Positions 49,533-52,094 of a stretch of 52,094 nucleotides of DNA are shown one piece after another. Location of the stretch: the NCBI RefSeq assembly GCF_006345805.1, contig NW_021833973.1, positions 1 through 52,094 on the forward strand, read 5' to 3'. This stretch comes from Octopus sinensis (taxonomy: Eukaryota). Below the pieces are notes generated by a model. It saw only the letters and a program-made list of their open reading frames with translations, was not told the DNA's origin and made no database searches. The position numbers and the translations under genes are program-made. Each line of letters begins with the position of its first letter. Positions within the stretch are counted from its first letter, which is position 1.

Positions 49533-49597
49533 TAGTATACATTTGCTGCTACTCTTAGCTTAGATTTTTCCTTGGGGCTGGCCAGATTGGAGCAGTC

Positions 49598-49633
<36 letters not shown>

Positions 49634-49717
49634 GACTGCTCCAATCTGGCCAGCCCCAAGGAAAAATCTAAGCTAAGAGTACTAGATTCCTCGGAAGAAA
49701 GCAGCAAATGTATACTA
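49533..49717. repeat. Palindrome centred on (TA)n: perfect over 132 bp (49550-49681) plus 18-bp outer arms
   Basis: Checked base by base; outer arms 49533-49550 and 49700-49717. Confidence 0.95.
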
Positions 49718-49818
49718 TATATTATCAATAATAAAAGGTGAAAGTAATTAATTTGGAATAATCATTAATTTCACCAAGTAGAGCTCGGCATGTAAAAAAC
49801 CCATTCAAGGAAGGTTTA

Positions 49819-50048
49819 AGTAATACTAAGTAATAAGGTTAGCAAATATTGCCTCACACACACCGAATTTAGAAATAGCAGTCAGAGTTTGGCTATTCTT
49901 CTACTTAAAAGGGAGATCCCAGTAAAAGTGCTGTAGTTTTACTGGGATCGCCCTTTTAAGTAGAAAGAATAGCCAAAACTCTTTGACTGCTATTTCTAAA
50001 TTCGGTGTGTGGGAGGCAAAATCGTTGCTAAACCTTAATTACTTAGAT

Positions 50049-50052
<4 letters not shown>
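49819..50052. repeat. Fold-back with arms of about 110 bp and a 9-nt loop
   Basis: 49819-49927 vs 49937-50052, loop GTGCTGTAG. Confidence 0.93.
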
Positions 50053-50081
<29 letters not shown>

Positions 50082-50083
<2 letters not shown>

Positions 50084-51522
50084 TGTGACCTCGCACATCA
50101 GCAAAGTCATGGAACGAATAGTCAGAAGAAAATTAATCACCTTCCTTGAGGAAAATGACTTGCTGACTAACACCCAACATGGTTTTCCGACCAGGAAGAC
50201 GCTGCCAGACTCAGCTCTTACAACACTATGACTGGGTGCTGAAACAGCTGCTCAACCACTCGAATGTGGAAGTGATATATCTGGACTTTGCAAAGGCTTT
50301 TGATAAAGTCAGTCATGGAATGGTATGTCACAAACTGTGCCATCTCGGTATTGTCAGAAAACTGGGAGAATGGCTTCATGATTTCTGAAATATATAAATC
50401 AGGAGGTAGTAGCCAATGGGGCTACCTCCAATGACACGCAAATAGTGAGCGCTGTCCCACAAGGTAGTGTTCTGGGACCACTACTGTTCATAATGGCCTT
50501 CTCAGATATGCCCTCAGCCACACAAAGAACCACGATCACAAGTTATGCAGATGATACAAAGTCTCACAGGTGATACAGAACCTTAAAGACACTGTGCACT
50601 TGCAATGTGAGCTGGATGAAATATACAAGTGGGCTGAAAAGAATAGCATGCAGTTCAATGCTGAAAAGTTTCAAGCCTTGTGCTATCAGCTTGCAAAACT
50701 AAATGCAATACCCAATTAAATACACTGGACCTGGAGGGATTGCAATCCCAGAGGCACAATCAGTGTGAGACCTGGGCATGAGTAATGATGCATCCTTCTA
50801 TGCGTATGTTGCTAAGTTGGCAATGAAATGCAGGCAGCTGACAGGATAGATTCTTAGAACTTTTAGAACAAGAGATCGGGAAACCATGATGGTCCTCTGA
50901 AAGACACTTGTCCTAAGCCACTTTGACTATTGCTCTCAGCTATGTTCACCAACCAGTGTCAAATTAATCACAGAACTTGAGGCAATCCAACGAAGCTACA
51001 TGAAGAAGATAGCCTCTATGCAGCATTTAAGCTTCTGGGAAAGACTCAAGAGATCAAGACTCTATTGTTTAGAGCGTAGGCAAGAAAGATATGCCATAAT
51101 ATACATCTGGAAGATCATAGAGAAACTTGTCCCAAAATTTGGCATCGAGAGTTACACAAATATTAGAACAGGACACCACTGCATAGTGCAAAGAACTCCA
51201 AATTTGACATCAAGATATATGACAAGATACTGCAACAGCCTGGACTTCAGGGGACCATAGATCTTCAATATTCTCCCAAAGGACCAGAGAGACCTGCATG
51301 GGGTGGATGTAGGTGTCTTCAAAATGAAATTGGACCACTTACTGTCAAGTGTCCCAGATGAACCAACTTCACAGCAGGAGGTGCAAATGAGGGCAGCGGC
51401 ATCAAACCCCCTCATGCACCAAATGGCAATTTCTAAAAAGAATTAGTGAAGTAAAATTAAGTAGCAACACCAAATGGTGGTGCCCCGGCATGGCCACAGC
51501 TCATGAGCTGAAACTAGATCAA
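50082..51522 (+). mobile_element. 5'-truncated, frameshifted CR1-type LINE (RT domain through 3' end)
   Basis: SVTSHISKVMERIV...QHGF/RPGR..., YLDFAKAFDKVSH (50278), PQGSVLGPLLF (50457), YADDTK (50544), C-terminal LPKD.RDLHGVDVGVFKMKLDHLLSSVPDEP; many stops and frameshifts; 3' end GGTGCCCCGGCATGGCCACAGCTCATGAGCTGAAAC. Confidence 0.92.
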
Positions 51523-51565
51523 ACCATACATATATAAGTAAGTATTTCATTTATATCTCGCGTAT

Positions 51566-51626
51566 TTGCCGCTGAAGAGGGGAAAATTTCTTACGAATTA
51601 ACCCCGAAATTGGACCAATACGGTAA
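51566..51626 (+). ncRNA. Type I minimal hammerhead ribozyme (predicted)
   Basis: Stem I TTGCCG/CGGTAA, core CTGAAGA, stem II GGGG/CCCC, GAA, stem III ATTGG-A-CCAAT, AUA cleavage triplet at 51618-51620. Confidence 0.75.
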
Positions 51627-51770
51627 TAAAGAATTTTTTAGAGATTTCTATCGGTTTGTTTCGAGACGCATAAATTATAATGGTTATTGAAAAGTTCTGT
51701 CTTTTTTCGGTATCTTTGGCATTAGAATTTTCTTTTGCCCTTATCTTGTAAATATGTATATGTATATATA

Positions 51771-51817
<47 letters not shown>

Positions 51818-52094
51818 GGTCTGTGTGTGTGTGTGTGTATATCATATATATATATGTGTATATATATGTATATATACACACATACATACTCACATGCATA
51901 TAATATGTATATGCACATAATCCACAACATACATACATACATACACAGATATACACACACATGCTTACATTCATGCACACGTACATGCAATAGATATAAA
52001 CACACACTTACACACACACCTATTGATATATATACATATATAATACATATATAAATAGGTGTAGAGAGAGAGAAAAAGAGAGAGTATGAGCAGG

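Noticed and set aside
8698-49542. Long ORFs of poly-IY, HT, CV, M/V, H, D/G, T, L and similar (for example 14983-15897, 16982-17938, 17135-17800, 19733-20266, 48508-49098)
   Set aside because: Di- and trinucleotide repeats that lack stop codons; several frames and both strands are open at once, with no domain signature
62-51260. Recurrent ORFs such as MTTDAGVFTS..., MSSNARG..., YSRRHLPKMPRSGTEPGTMWLVSKLLTTQP and MLFTCHRHR...
   Set aside because: They are translations of SINE families A, B and C in various frames, not genes
50082-51446. LINE as an active or domesticated RT gene
   Set aside because: 5'-truncated with no endonuclease, and carries multiple frameshifts and stops

Overview
AT-rich, repeat-saturated eukaryotic DNA. 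The SINE/MITE repertoire and the extreme microsatellite load look like an Octopus (cephalopod) genome, but that is recognition from memory, not a database match. I can identify no intact protein-coding gene, and almost all long ORFs in the track are translated microsatellites. Content: at least five SINE-like families (labelled A-E here), a 5'-truncated decayed CR1-type LINE whose 3' stem-loop is shared with SINE family A, short R4/Dong-like, RTE-like and Tc1-like relics, three piggyBac-type (TTAA) MITE families, one non-autonomous Helitron, a hAT-like MITE, several minisatellites and several long palindromes. The most interesting signal is a set of short elements embedded in (TA)n tracts that carry hammerhead-ribozyme folds. 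One is canonical (51566-51626). A five-copy family has a variant core and includes a tandem dimer (31549-31892). These resemble Penelope-like element ends or retrozymes. A few unique, CpG- or motif-rich islands (3.86-4.03 kb, 15.98-16.06 kb, 20.4-21.6 kb) may belong to a host gene, but I cannot prove this. Repeat boundaries are read by eye and are approximate unless TSDs or TIRs are quoted.
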